The notes: generated by a model from the sequence alone, not told the origin. A stretch of 64,000 nt of DNA from Mobula birostris (GCF_030028105.1 NC_092383.1:11051796-11115795); one strand, 5' to 3'. Shown: positions 47,739 to 61,571, counted from the first letter of the stretch. Numbers and translations are program-made.

Positions 47739-49624
47739 GAAATAGGCTATTTGGCCCATCGTGTCCACTCCGCCTTCCACCTTGGCTGACTTATTATCAC
47801 TTACAGTTCTGTGCAAAAGTCTTAGTCACGTACTGTATATATAGCTAGGGTGCACAGTCCTGTAGTCATTTTATGAATTGGGTTGTACTGCTGTCACAAA
47901 AAAAGAATTCATGACATGTGTGCGATGTATGAGAGTGGGAAGGGGGCAATAGAGGGGTATTGTGGTTGGGCAAAGGGGAAGGGAGAGGGGAGGGAGTGGG
48001 AAGCACCAGAGAGTAATGATCAATACACCAATTGCTTGGAATCAAATGACCCCACCTGGTTTCTCAGGGCTGGATAGGTCTACACCCATGCCACCTGACC
48101 GCCATGGCACCCCTTCTCTGCCACCTGTTCCACACCCCTCCTGTGGTGCTCCACCCTCACCATTCCCTACATTCTTTGCTCCCACCAGATTTACAAACTT
48201 GCTCTCTGCTCCACATTGACAAATACAGTACTGTGAAAAAGTATATGTCTAAGGTTTTCGCACAATGCTGTAATCCCATTCTTCTGCTTTCTCGCCGTAA
48301 TCTTTGACACCCTTACTAATCAAGAACCTATCAACCTCCACTTTAAATATACCCAATTACAGCCATTTCTGGCAATGAATTCCACAGATAAACCACCTTC
48401 TGGCTAAGAAATTCCTGCTCATCTCTGTTTTCTATGCCCTCTGGTCCTAGACTCCTCCACTGTAGTAATCATGCTTTCCATGTCTGGCATCTTCACTACC
48501 TTCATATGCCTCTTTCTCTACCTTGACTCTGGGGGATGCTTGAAATGGGGTCAGCAATCTTTGTCTTTATAGTGTAGCATACAACTTTGGCCATGGAAAC
48601 TGATTTCTGTCTTGTCGTACCATATGTGGGGATGGGCTGAGGTATGGGGAATAAAGTTGAAGGGGCAGGATAATTAGTATTCATCCTGTCTTACCCATAA
48701 CGTGTGCAGTCGAGCCAGTGGGTGCTAATTTCTCTTTCTGCTCAGTTCTACCTCAGATATTATGAGAGATGGCTGTCCACAACTGCCCTTCTGACAGAGG
48801 TCAGCTAACCCAGTATACTGTCATCAGTGGCTTGGGCCATCCTGATTTATGTGGCCGAGTGCCTCACTGGTTGAACCAATCTCAAGTAGTGCTGAATCGG
48901 AGTACAGGAAGGAGATAGAGAGCTTAGTAATATGGTATTGTGAAAATGACCTTTCCCTCACTGTCAGCAAAATAAAGCAGGTGGTTATTGGCTTTAAAAA
49001 GAGCGCCTGCTTGTGCCTAAATGAGTAACGTTGACTGTGAGAGGGCTGGGAGCTTCAAGTTCCTAGATGTGAGCATCAACAATCGCCTGTCTTGGTCCAA
49101 CAACATTGATGTGACCGCAAGAAAAACTCCCCAATGTCTCTACTTTCTCAGGAACTTAGAGAAATGTCCCTGTCGACTCCTCCCGATTTTATTGATCCAC
49201 CCTAGAAAGCATTCTGTTTGTAGAACTTTGCAAGAGTCTTTGTTATACTTCTGACTATCTGCCTACGTAAACTTATGCCTCTCATAAAATCAGGCCTCCC
49301 CTCAGCCTCTGACACTATATCCAACCTCTCATTCTGATTCAGGTCCTGGTGAACTTCTTCTGCATCTTCTCCAAAGCCTCCACATCCTTCCTGTAATGGC
49401 ACCAGAACTGTCACAATACTCCAGACATGGTCTATTCAAAGTGTTATACAGCTACAAAACAACTCCCTGACTCTTATTATCAGTGCCCCTTGACCAATGA
49501 AGCCAAGCATGCCATATGATCTCTTTACCATCCTAACGACTTAGGATGCCACTTTTGGAGAGCTATGAACTTGCAACTTTCTGCATATTCATCTTCCTAA
49601 AGCAGGGGTTCAATTACCAACTCA

Positions 49625-49825
49625 TGCAAAATACTGGAGGAACTCAACAGCTCTGCAGGTCAGTCCTGACGAAAGGTCTCAACCCGAGTCGTCAACTGTT
49701 TATTCCCTCCATAGATGCTGCCTGACTTGCTGAGTTCCTCCAGCATTTTCCATGTGTTACTCTGGATTTCCAGCGTTTTCCATGTGTTACTCTGGATTTC
49801 CAGCATTTGCAGAATCTCTTGTGTT
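49625..49825 (+). mobile_element. Penelope pLTR with inverted leader and a 30-bp internal tandem duplication
   Basis: CAGTCCTGACGAAAGGTCTCAACCCGAGTCGTC (degenerate hammerhead); CCAGC(A/G)TTTTCCATGTGTTACTCTGGATTT occurs twice. Confidence 0.75.
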
Positions 49826-50469
49826 AGAGATTGACTCAGTTCCGTTGTGGAACTTTGCTGCGTAAACTCTACTTTTGGTATTCCCTGACATTGCACTGCA
49901 GGAATAAGTAGTTGACCGCAAATTGCTTGAGGGAATGTGAAAAGGGTAACATTTTTAATGCAGCAATTTGAAAAAGGAGAACTTTGGTCTTGAAATGTGT
50001 ATCATTGGATAGCTAATAAAATTGCCCTGCTTGTAATTATTTTTTCAGATTTTATAGATCTGATATCCAAAGAAACAGATAGGAAATATCAGAGGTCGGG
50101 AAGAATGAAGCACAAGTACTGCTTTATTTTTGCTGTAGGTCACAGCTGAGGTTTGACTCATACAAGGAGGAAAGTCAGAGATCTGGGAAAGTGATTAGCC
50201 AGGTTTCTGCTAGTATGCCTCTGAACTAGTGTCAGAATTCATCATTCATTCCCACAGAACTTCTCACACTGCATGACTACTGATAACCTGACTCACAGAT
50301 AGCTTTTGAAGGTAACCAGCTGTGGAATGCAACTTTTATATCAGATTGTGTCTCTAAATTATTTAAAAAGTGTTTCTTTGAAAGCTGTGGGACTTTAATA
50401 ATGAATGAGGTAGTGTGGTGGACGCATTGGTCTAACCAATCGTTGCTACATCTGCAGGTCAGAGTAATC

Positions 50470-50740
50470 AACACTCAGTGATCACTGTATTAGTTACACT
50501 TGCACACTTGCTGATTAATGCAAGTATCTAATCAGCCAAACATGTGGCAGCAACTCTATGCATAACAACATACAGACATGGTCAAGAGGTTCAGCTGTTG
50601 TTCAGACCAATCATCAGAACGGGGAAGAAATATGAACTAAGTGGCCTATGGAATGGTTTGCAGAAGAGCATCTCTGAAGGGACAACATGCCAAACCTTGG
50701 GGTGGTTGGGCTACAGCAGCAGAAGGCCATAAACATACAG
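50470..50740 (+). mobile_element. Tc1-like deletion derivative
   Basis: CACTCAGTG...CAGCCAA.CATGTGGCAGCAACTC shared with 3560-4025. Confidence 0.75.
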
Positions 50741-52399
50741 ACTGTTGCCATGCCATACATTTGCTAATCCAATGAATTCAGAATGTTCAAAATCTGGAGT
50801 ATACAATGCTAATATTGAGAAGCTCAACCTATCCTGATTCAGTATCAATGTCTGAAATATTGACCTATTCGTTGCCCTGTTAAAGGTCTTCTTGCTTCCT
50901 GTACCCAATAAAGTGGAGGACATTCCTTGAATGTGATGGAGATGTGTGGGGCAATTATTTTTACACAGAGAGTGGTAGGTGTCTGGAATGGGCTGCCATA
51001 AGTGATGGTGGATGGAGATATTCTAGTGGAATTGGTTTATTATTGTTCAAAGTTCAAAGTAGGTTTATTATCAGAGTGCATATATGTCACCATATACAAC
51101 CCTGAGATTCATTTTCTTGTGGGTATACACAATAAATGTATAGAATAATAATCATTACAGAATTAATGAAAGACTGGCCAATTTGGACATTCAACTAGTG
51201 TACAAAAGACATCAAAGAGACACCTTCCTGATGGAAACAGCGAGAAGAGAGCATGTCCTAGGCGGCGGGTGTCCCTGATGATGGATGTTGCTTTCCTGTG
51301 ACAGCGTTTCATGTAGATGTGGTCAGTGGTTGGGAGGGCTTTACCACTGATGGAAGGGGCCATATCCACTACCTTTTGTAAGAGGCTGATAGACAGATAC
51401 ATGACTATGCAGGGGAAAAGGGATTAGGATCATGTGCAGGCAGAAGTGGTCTGGTTTAAGTCAGCAGCATGTTTGATGCAGACATCATGTGCTGAAGGGC
51501 CTGTTCCTGTTCTGATCTATCTCCAGACCACTGTTACCCTATATTTGGGACAGCCCATTGTCCCAACTGGCACGTGGAACAGGAGAAGAATCTAGACCCT
51601 ATTTCAAGCTCGAACAAGGATCCCTTCAGCATTACGGCAGGCTTTAAGAGCTTCTCGAGTGCTTGCAAACTCCAGGTGACATCCTGGATGGCTGGGCACT
51701 GAGTCTGCACCAGAACTCCTCATCCTGCCTGCCTTCAGGCCTTTCAGCTGTGTGAGGCATAGTAGCTAAGGGTTGAGCCTTCTCTCAGCTGGTGAACATC
51801 AGGAGCGCAGGCTGTCTGTCAAAAGCCCAAAAGCACAACGGTCAAATGTGGCACCCCAAGCTATTTGTTTCACTGACTCAAAGAAAACTGATGCAGGCCA
51901 TTCACCATCTGCTCCTGTACCCTCTTGCCTCCCCTGCACTTGACCCAACATTTCTATCATCCACTTTCTTTCCCTCCTGATGTCCAAGCCAGCAGCGCAC
52001 TATGTGTTGTCCCTGACAACTGATGAGCTCAAAAAGGACAACTGAACATATTGCCAAACGTACCAAATGGGCCACTGAGGAAGTCTCCAAAGATAAAAAA
52101 CATAGCGCGCAATGTGAGTTCTTGTTCAGATCTATGTCACATTAGGAAATGCAGGCATATGATGATATTTTAGAATTTAATTTCCTAACCAGTCACAATG
52201 AGCCTGCAGTCTGCAGAATGAGCCATTAATAAACACGCTGTGGACAGTGAATTAGGTTCACCTGCTGGTTATGTTAATGACAGCTGCAACATTAGAGTCG
52301 GCGTAAACCTCTACAATTCAATAAATCTGCAGGAAGATGACTCAAAATCTGCCACAAAACTCAAGCTGGCTTGTTGATATCACTTAGAAACCTGCAACC

Positions 52400-53330
52400 T
52401 CTCTGCAAATCTATTTAAGGGGATTCTACTACTAAAGCATTTTTACTCCCACTGTCTGCTTTCTGCAGGGATCAATCTCTCCATGATCTGTTGTACATCA
52501 GTCCCTCCCCACTAATCTCCCTCCCGTCACTTATCCCTGCAAGAGGAAAACGTGTCCATTCACCTCCTCCCTCATCACCATTCAAGGCCCCAAACAGTCC
52601 TTCCAGGTGAGGAAATACTTCACCTGTGAGTCTGTCTGTTGTATCTGGTGGTCCCGCTGCAGCCTCCTCTAAATTGCTGAGACCCAACCTAGATTGGAGA
52701 CCATTTTGTTGAGCATCTTGCTCCATCCACAACAAGCAGAATTTCCCAATGGCCAACCATTTTAATTCCACTGTCCATTCCCATTATGACATATTCCCAT
52801 GGCCTTCACTACTGCCGCAATGAGCTCACTTCTGTGTTGGAGGAGCAACACCTCATGTTCCGTCTGGGTAGCCTCCACCACCCTGATGGCATGAACATTG
52901 ATTGCTTAACTTCCTCTCGCCCTCCTCTCTTTTACCTTTCCCAATTATGGTTCCCTTCTTACTTGCTGTCTTCTCCTTACTTTCTATTACCTCTGTCTGG
53001 TTCCTCTTCTCCTTCCCCTTCTCCCATGATTCACTTTCCTCTTCTATTATATTCCTTCTTCTTCATCAGCCCTTTACCTTTTCAACCTATCATGCTCCAG
53101 TTTCTCACTTCACCCCACTCCTCCACCACCACGATACTTCCCCCTTCACTTGGTTTTACCCATCACTTTCTAGCTTGCACTCCTTCCCATCTCCCACACC
53201 TTCTTATTCCGGCTTCTTGTCCCTTCTTTTCCAGTCCTGATGAACGTTCTTGGTCCGAAGCGTTGGCTCTGTATTCCTGTCCATAGATGCTGTCTGACCT
53301 GCTGAGTTCCTCCAGCTTTTTCTAAGTGTG
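52400..53330 (+). mobile_element. Penelope-like element 3' part: decayed GIY-YIG endonuclease, pyrimidine tract and pLTR
   Basis: IQGPKQSFQVR.YFTCES...CIW.SRCSLL*IAETQ.RL.DHFVEHL...PMANHFNS, then HGLHYCRNE....LEEQHLMFRLGSL.PDGMNID; terminal CAGTCCTGATGAA...CCGAAGCGTT. Confidence 0.85.
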
Positions 53331-53527
53331 CCTCTCTACAAACCTGCGTAACTGCATAATGGTCAGTAACTCAGACTCGGCCAGTTTGAATGAATGACAC
53401 TCAGCCAACTCCATCATGGGTACTCACTTCCCTACCATCAACACCTTCAAAAGGCGATGCCCCAGGATCGGAATTAGGTTTAATATCACTGGCATATGTC
53501 ATGAAATTTGTTGTTCTGCTGCAGCAG

Positions 53528-54375
53528 GTGAGAGGGCAAATTCATGGCAGATGCAATTTAATGTGAATAAATGTGAAGTTATCCACTTTGGTGGCAAGAA
53601 CAGGAAAACAGATTATTATCTGAATAGTGGCCGATTAGGAAAAGGGGAGGTGCAACAAGCCTTGGGTGTCATTATACACCAGTCATTGAAAGTGGGCATG
53701 CAGGTACAGCAGGCAGTGAAAAAGGCGAATGGTATGCTGGCATTCATAGCAAGAGGATTTGAGTACAGGAGCAGGGAGGTACTACTGCAGTTGTACAAGG
53801 CCTTAGTGAGACCACACCTGGAGTATTGTGTGCAGTTTTTGTCCCCTAATCTGAGAAAAGACATTCTTGCCAGAAAGGGAGTACAAAGAAGGTTCACCAG
53901 ATTGATTCCTGGGATGGCAGGACTTTCATATGATGAAAGACTAGATCGGCTAGGCTTATACTCTCTGGAATTTAGAAGATTGAGGGGAGATCTTATTGAA
54001 ACGTATAAAATTCTAAAGGGATTGGACAGGCTAGATGCAGGAAGATTGTTCCTGATGTTGGGGAAGTCCAGAACGAGGGGTCACAGTATGAGGATAAAGG
54101 GGAAGCCTTTTAGGACCGAGATGAGGAAAAACTTCTTCACACAGAAAGTGATGAATCTGTGGAATTCTCTGCCACAGGAAACAGTTGAGGCCAGTTCATT
54201 GGCTATATTTAAGAGGGAGTTAGATATGGCCCTGGTGGCTAAAGGGATCAGTGGGTATGGAGAGAAGGCAGGTACAGGGTTCTGAGTGGGATGATCAGCC
54301 ATGATCGTACTGAATGGCAGTGCAGGCTCGAAGGGCCGAATGGCCTACTCCTGCACCTATTTTCTATGTTTCTAT
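53528..54375 (+). mobile_element. Young CR1/HER1 LINE 3' fragment (open ORF2 end)
   Basis: WQMQFNVNKCEVIHFG...RPHLEYCVQF...RGHS.RIKGKPFRTEMRKNFFTQ; (TTTCTATG)n tail. The N-terminus of the 289-aa ORF is read-through from other repeats. Confidence 0.92.
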
Positions 54376-54409
54376 ATAAAGACTGTGAATTGCAGTAAGA
54401 AGTATATTT

Positions 54410-55098
54410 CTTTTTCAATATTTTTATTGATGTCTTATATTAAAAAATACAAAGAACAGTAAGATATATAATATATATCGATTACTATATATTGGAATCA
54501 CAAATATAGTTTCATTACCCCATATCTGTATACATTAAATTTAAACATAATATTGAAAAGATATACTTCGTTATACAAAAAAAACCATCTAAATCCACTA
54601 CCAGAAAAAAAAAGCAGCTGTTTGGTTAAAAAAAAGAAAAGAAACAAATCCTTATCGTAAAATAAAGCATATTGTTAGCCAACATCTGTGCTTAATAGCA
54701 AATCAAAGATTTAGAAAATAATTCAAAAAAGGTCCCCACAATGTTAAAAAATCTTGTCTAGGTTCAGAAATTGAACAGCGAATCTTCTCTGAATTTAAAC
54801 ATGACATAACATCATTTAACCAATGAGTATGAGTAGCAGAGTAGCATCCTTCCTTCAGCAATGCCCTCCTGGCTATAAGAGACATAAAGGCCAAAATATG
54901 CAAACCATGTGACTCCAAAATAATATCATTTCCTCCAACAATACCAAATAAGGCGGTCAAAGGATTAGGTTTAAAATTTACTTTAAAAAGCACCGAAAAA
55001 GTTTGGAACACTTCTTTCCAATATTTTTCAAGACTCGGACAAGTTCAAAACATATGAATTAGTGAAGCTTCTCCATTATTACACCTATCACAATAGGG
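54410..55098 (-). mobile_element. L1-clade LINE 3' fragment
   Basis: CDRC...SLIHMF.TCP zinc knuckle, W.N.VMSCLN.EKIR...WGPFLNY, AATAAA plus A-rich tail, 9-bp TSD AGTATATTT (54401-54409 / 55099-55107). Confidence 0.85.
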
Positions 55099-55107
55099 AG
55101 TATATTT

Positions 55108-55630
55108 AAATATTTTAAAAGTTCAATTAAATAAGTATGCAAAAGGAGGGAAAAGAGGAGTGAGATAGTGTTCATGGGTTCACCGTCCATTCAGTAATCT
55201 GATGGCCGAGGGAAAGAAGCTGTTCTTGAATCATTGAGTGTGTACCTTTAGGCTGTTGTACCTCTTCCCTGATGGGGCATGACCTAGGTGATGGGGAGTC
55301 CTTAATGATGAATGTTGCCTTTTTGCAACATCACTCCTTGAAAATGTCCTGGAAGCTGGGAAGACTAGTGCCCATGATGGAGCTAAGTTTACAACTTTCT
55401 GCAGATAATTTCGATCCTGTGCAATGCCCCCCACCCCAAACCCCCAATACCAGACGCCGATGCATCCGGTTAGAATTCTCTCCACGGTACATCTGCAGAA
55501 TTTGCAAGTGTCTTTGGTAACGTACAAAATCTCATCAAACTCCTAATGAATTATAGCTGCTGGTGGGCCTTCTTTGCAACTGCATCGATATGTTGAGCCC
55601 AGGACAGATCCTCAGAGATGTTGACAGATA
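55108..55630 (-). mobile_element. Rex1/Babar body (tail pieces at 53465-53527 and 54376-54409)
   Basis: RCTVERILTGCIGVWY...LQKVVN and VNISEDLSWAQHIDA. Confidence 0.8.
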
Positions 55631-55839
55631 GTTGCTGGTACTGCAATAGCTTTACGCTAATCACTATGCTACTGTGCCTCTCCAGTTCATTATAGTGCTT
55701 AAGCAGTAGATCAAAATGCCAAACAAGATCTGTGTTACCTGACCAGAACTGGACAGTGCAGCTTGCATTATCTATCTTCTGCTTTGTCTTTATTCCCATG
55801 CTTATTCCTTGCTGCTGTGACTTCTGGCACTTAGACTAT

Positions 55840-56300
55840 AAGGCAATATGACATTGGAGCAAAATTTGGCCACTCAGCCCATCAAATATGCTACACCATT
55901 CCATCATGGCTGATTTATTTTCCCTCTCAACCCCATTCTCCTGCCTTTCCCCCAGAACCTCTGATGCCCTTTTTGTTCTTTACAAACGTACAAAATTTTA
56001 TTCAAATACTAAAGACTTACAAAGGATAGGGGTTAAAATACAGTTACTGAATTCAAATTAAAATGCAGTTATTAGCATCTATAATGCAATCAATGCCCTT
56101 TGACAGCCTTGCTAATCAGAAACATATCAACTTTTGCCTTAAATATACCCAATGGCTTGGCCTCCACAGCCGTCCATGGTAATGAATTCCATAGCTTCAC
56201 CACTCTCTGGCTAAAAAAATTTCTCCTCATTTCTGTTCTAAATGGATGTCCTTCTATTCTGAGACTGTGCCCTCTGGTCTGAGGCTCCCTCACTACAGGA
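55840..56300 (-). mobile_element. CR1 3' fragment with a nested Tx1-like tail
   Basis: TRGHSLRIEGHPFRTEMRRNFFSQRVVKLWNSLP. Confidence 0.75.
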
Positions 56301-57107
56301 CTATGCTTAGTCCTGTTGCCTCCCCAGATCCCTCTATACTGATCTCTTTACACCATCCAAATTCACCCTTGGCCATTATGCTGCCGTGAGATAAGACTTG
56401 AGACATGACAGAACCGTAGCAAGGCAAGGCGGCAGGTCCATCCCATCGCCAAGAGTGAGGAAGACCCAAGGTTCTTTTATTTTTTTATGGTTTTTTTTTG
56501 TGGGCATGATGTGTTTTTTTTTTCTCTTTGCACATTGGTCTTTTTTCATATATGGGATCTTTTGGGGTTCTTTGTTTTGTGGCTGCCTGCTGGGAGGCAA
56601 ATCTCAAGGTTGCATAATGCATACATACCTTGATTATAAATGCACTTTGAACTTTGAACTAGATACATCATTTCCTCTTTTGGCTGTCATCCGCTGAACT
56701 TCTCTCACTGGTTAACTGTCAGCATACTGAGAAGAGCTAAGTTATCAGCCCAGTGTGAGTCTGCCCTTTATCTGCCAGGTTGCACAGTTCCCAGTCGCTG
56801 ACATATGTACTCTTGGTTAACTTGACTTTTTGCAGGCAATCAATACCGGAAATCTCTAAGTCACTAACTAATTTAAGCCTGAAGGTCCCATTTGGTTAGC
56901 GTTGAGGGGAGATGTGATTCATAGAATAGTTATTGAACAAAGGACACCATTCATTCATCCATGTCAGCTCCCAGTAGAACAATACCATCAGCTTTTCCTT
57001 ACTGTACCCTCAAAGCCCTGCAGTCTGTTTCTGCGCTCTCCTTTGGACTTCCTCGACAGCGTTTCACTGTACGTCAGAACCTGTGACAATAATAAACCAA
57101 TTACAGT

Positions 57108-57664
57108 TACTCAGCGGCCACTTTATTAGTTACCTCCTGTACCTAAGTCATGTTTACGTTCGTTGTCTTCTGTTCTTATAGGCCATCCACTTCAAGGTTC
57201 AACGTGCTGTGCATTCGGAGATGCTCTTTAGCACACCACTGCTGTAACACATGGTTATTTGAGTTACTGTCACCTTCCTGTCAGCTTGAACCAGTCTCCT
57301 CTGACATCTCTCATTAACAAGGCATTTTTGCCCACAAAACTGCTGCTCACTGGATTTTTTTTTTTTGTTTTGTTTTTCACGCCATTCTCTGTAAACTCCA
57401 GAGATGTTGTGTGTGAAAATCTCAGATCAACAGTTTCTGAGATTCTCAAACCACCCCATCTGGCATCCAACAATCGTTCCAAGGTCAAAGTCACTTAGGT
57501 CACATTTCTTCCCCTTTCTGATGGTTTGGCCTGAACAATAACTGAACCCCTTGACCACGTCGTCATGCTTTTACGCATTGAGTTGCTGTCACATGATTGC
57601 CTGATTAGATATTTGCATTAACGAGTAGGTGTACAGGTGTGCCTAATAAAGTGGCCACTGAGTG
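57108..57664 (-). mobile_element. Tc1-like deletion derivative with both TIRs
   Basis: ACTCAGCGGCCACTTTATTAG / CTAATAAAGTGGCCACTGAGTG plus TA; transposase remnant ARWGGLRISET.DL.FSHTT. Confidence 0.85.
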
Positions 57665-57973
57665 TAGAATCATAGAGAGATACAGCACATAATCTGGACA
57701 TTTGGCCCACTGTGTACATGCCAACCATCAACCAGCTATCTGGGCTAATCCTGCATTAATCGCATTTTTTGCTCATCCAAGGCTCCTACTGACTTCCTAG
57801 ATTCTACCACTCACCTACACCCTGGGGAAAGTGGCCAATCAGTTCACCAACCAGTACATCTTCAGGACGTGGGAAGAAAGAGGAGCACAGAGCAAGGCAT
57901 CATGGGAACAGACTCTTCAATCCAACTCATCTATGGCAACCATGGGGCCCATTTAGGCTAGACATATTTTTTT

Positions 57974-58591
57974 TTAGATTATGAAGGCACGCAGTCCTCT
58001 TTTATTGTCATTTAGTAATGCATGCATTAAGAAATGATACAATATTTCCTCCGGTGTGATATCACAAAACACAGGACAGACCAAGACTGAAAAAAACTAA
58101 CAAAACCACATAATTATAACATATAGTCACAACAGTGCAACAATACCATAACTTGATGAAGAAGTCCATGAGCACAGTAAAAGTTCAAAGTCTCTCAAAT
58201 GTCCCACATCTCACGCAGACGGAGAGAAGGAAGAAAAACTCTCCCTGCCATACCTGACCACGGTCCGACTCATCTGAAAACTTCGAGCTCTGATCAGCTC
58301 TCCGACACCGAGTACTGAGCGCCATCTCTGTCCGAACGATTCGACCTCCTTCTTGGTCGCCAACAGCAGGCAAAGCCGGGGATTTTGAGGCCTTCCCTCC
58401 GAAAGATTCCCGACCGTGCAGTAACGACAGCAGCGAGCAAGCATTTCAGAAATTTTTCCAGATGTTCCTCTGGGCTTTCACGTCCCTCTCCATCAAATCA
58501 GAATTGTCCACGGCCCCTATTTAATGGATACGATATCATTTTTCACCGGAGGGCTGTGCACACGCGGCGTGCTGCTTTCTTTCCTCCCGCC
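57974..58591 (-). mobile_element. Young non-autonomous retroelement, copy 2
   Basis: Reverse complement of 2181-2773 with about 40 extra 5' bases (GGCGGGAGGAAAG...). Confidence 0.75.
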
Positions 58592-59294
58592 TCCTTACAT
58601 TTGGCCCATGTCGCTCAAAACCATTCTTACCCATCCACCTATCCAAGTGTCTTTTAAATGCTATTATATCTGACTCAGCCGCTACTGCATGGTTTTATGG
58701 TGGAATGGTCTAATCTCAAGTACTCACTGCAACAAGGAATAAGCATGGCCATGGAGACAAAGCCGAAGGTGGCCAATGCAAGTTGCACTAAACAGGTAAC
58801 ACTAATCTTGTTCAGAATAAGAATCAGGTTTAATATTAATGGTTCAATTTAATATCAGAGAGTGTATACGGTATACAAGCTGAAATTCTTACTCTTCGCA
58901 GACATCCACCAAACAGAAAAAGCTCCAAAATGGATGACAGAAAACAGTTAGAACCCCAATGCCCCCTCCCCCTCCCACACACAAGCAGCAGCAAAGCATC
59001 AATCCTCCCCCCTTCCCCCACTTGCTCCAGCAGAAGTGTCAACCCCACCCCCCACCTTGCAAAGCCCCCAAAGACCATGATCTAGAGTTCGTCAAAAAAC
59101 TACTGTCCAACCCAACACCTTGGCATCTCAGACAGTCTCTCTCTCTGATCGGCAAGGGAGAGAGAGAGGTGGCTCCTGCAAGAAACGAAAGGGGAGCCCA
59201 GCCACCCACTGTTTCTATGTTAGGATCTGCAGCATTGCCTATTCGAGTTCCCCTGACTCGAGAACTGGCAAACTCTTACTCACCATCAAGAGAG

Positions 59295-59595
59295 GGAGAG
59301 ATATGTCATAAAATTTGTTGTCTTTATAGCAGCAGAACAATGCCATACATAATAATAGAAAAATGTAAACTACAGTAAATATATATAAATGAGTTAAATA
59401 TGTAGTGCAAAAATAAAAATTAAAAAGTAGTGAGGGAGAGTTCATGGGTTCAATGTCCATTCAGAAATCGGATGGCAGAGGGGAAGAAGCTGTTCCTGAA
59501 TCGCTGAGTGTGTGCCTTCAGGCTCCTGTATCTCCTCCCTGATGGTAGCAATGAGAACAGGGCATGACCTGGGTGGTGGGGGCCCTTAATGATAA
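59295..59595 (-). mobile_element. Rex1/Babar 3' fragment
   Basis: IIKGPHHPGHALFSLLPSGRRYRSLKAHTQRFRNSFFPSAIRFLN. Confidence 0.85.
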
Positions 59596-59864
59596 GCAGT
59601 AAGATATTGCTGAGCATCTTATTGCTTAAACACGGTTTTCGGCTGAGGTGACATAGTAGCGCAGTTGTTAGCATAACAATATTATAGTGCCAGCGACTCA
59701 GGTTCAATTCGGCCGCTCTCTTTAATAACAATATTTAACTTTCCTTATATGCATCATTATCTACATAAAGGGTCCTTTTTAAATCTGTCCCCTTTCACCT
59801 TAAACCTCAGCACCCGGATGAATACCCTGTGGTCACAGGAGAATGTACAACTTAGTGTGACAAT

Positions 59865-60470
59865 AATAGACAATAGGTGCAGGAGTAGTCCATTCGGCCC
59901 TTCGAGCCAGCACCACCATTCACTGTGATCATGGCTGATCATCCACAATCAGTACCCCGTTCCTGCCTTCTCCCCATATCCCTTGGCTCCACTATCTTTA
60001 AGAGCTCTATCTAACTCTTTCTTGAAAGCATCCAGAGAATTGGCCTCCACTGCCTTCTGAGGCAGAGCATTCCACAGATCCACAACTCTGGGTGAAAAAG
60101 TTTTTCCTTAATTCCGTTCTAAATGGCCTACCCCTTATTCTTAAACTTTGGCCTCTGGTTCTGGACTCCCCCAACATCAGGAACATGTTTCCTGCCTCTA
60201 GCGTGTCCAATCCCTTAATGATCTTATATGTTTCAATCAGATCCCCTCTCATCCTTCTAAATTGCAGTGTATTCAAGCCCAGTTGCTCCAATCTTTCAAC
60301 ATATGACAGTCGCGCCATCCCAGGAATTAACCTCATGAACCTACGCTGTACTCCTTCAATAGCAAGAATGTTCTTCCTCAAATTTGGAGACCAAAACTGC
60401 ACACAGTACTCCAGGTGTGGTCTCACCAGGGCCCTGTACAACTGCAGAAGGACCTCTTTGCTCCTATACT
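59865..60470 (-). mobile_element. Young CR1/HER1 3' fragment
   Basis: QLYRALVRPHLEYCVQFWSP...RGDLIETYKI. Confidence 0.9.
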
Positions 60471-61571
60471 GTGTGTTCCTACTTTGTGCTGCATCGGATC
60501 TGAAGTAACAATCATTTTGTTCTCCATTACACTTGTGTACTGGAAATGACAGCAAACAATCTTGAATCTCCATACTCCCTTCAGTCTGCATTTAAAGTCA
60601 GGATTAAACTTGGGTCTGTGGTACAGTGAACTAGTGGCTCTGCTAACTCGCTGCTTTAAGTACTCCCTTGTGTCTTTTGAAGGCCCTTATTGAGTCCTAC
60701 AACCATTATCTGCACAGGTTTCAGAAAACAACCATCTGCATGAAAAAAGATCCTCTTCTTCTTTCCCTTACATCATTTTCATATAACTTTCAAAGTTCAA
60801 AATACTTCAAAGTTCAAAATACCTCAAAGTTCAAAGTAAATTTATTATCCAAGTATATATATGTCAGCACATACTACCTTAAGATGCACTTTCTTGCAGG
60901 CAGACACAGGAAAATAAAGAAATAGTATAGAATTTACAGAAGCTATACATACACAGAGAAAGGCTGACCAACAACCAGTGTACAAAAGAAAGCAAACTGT
61001 GAAAATAAGAATTAATACTGTAAAGAGTCCTTGAAAGTTAGTGTGTAGTTTGTAGAATCTGCTGAGAGTTGTGGTGAGTGAAGCAGGTGAGAAGAACTTT
61101 GAATGGATATCTCCTGAAAATATATCTGTCCGTTAACCCCGTATAGACCAGTAGTCTTGCATACCTCTATTAATAGCAGAGAAGTGGAGTCCTTGACAGC
61201 AGCCCCACATCAGATTGTCAGAGAGACAGATGGCTGGTTTATTCTCCAGGGCCACGCAGCCAGCAAGGTGGCTAAAGTTCTGATTCAGTCGCAGATTTAC
61301 ACCGGCTGGCAGTCCTTGGGGGTCACAGCAAGAGAGGGAGTAAACATAGCTAGAGGGGTTGGCTGAGTGCTATTTATGGCCAAATGCAATTTTAGCATTC
61401 AGTTCTGGAGGACTAGAATATTAGAGCGTCACTGATGCAATTTTGGGCCTCACTAGTCTAAGTGTCCTCAGAAAAGAACAAGACTGACCACTTAATTGAG
61501 TGGCGTGGTTATGTTGGGCTGGAAGGCCTTGTTATCATGCTGTACCTCCATAATATGTATACTGCTTGACA

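Noticed and set aside
53416-54285. Longest ORF (289 aa) as a host or domesticated gene
   Set aside because: It is a 5'-truncated CR1 ORF2 end fused by chance to Rex1-derived sequence, and it carries the CR1 tail.
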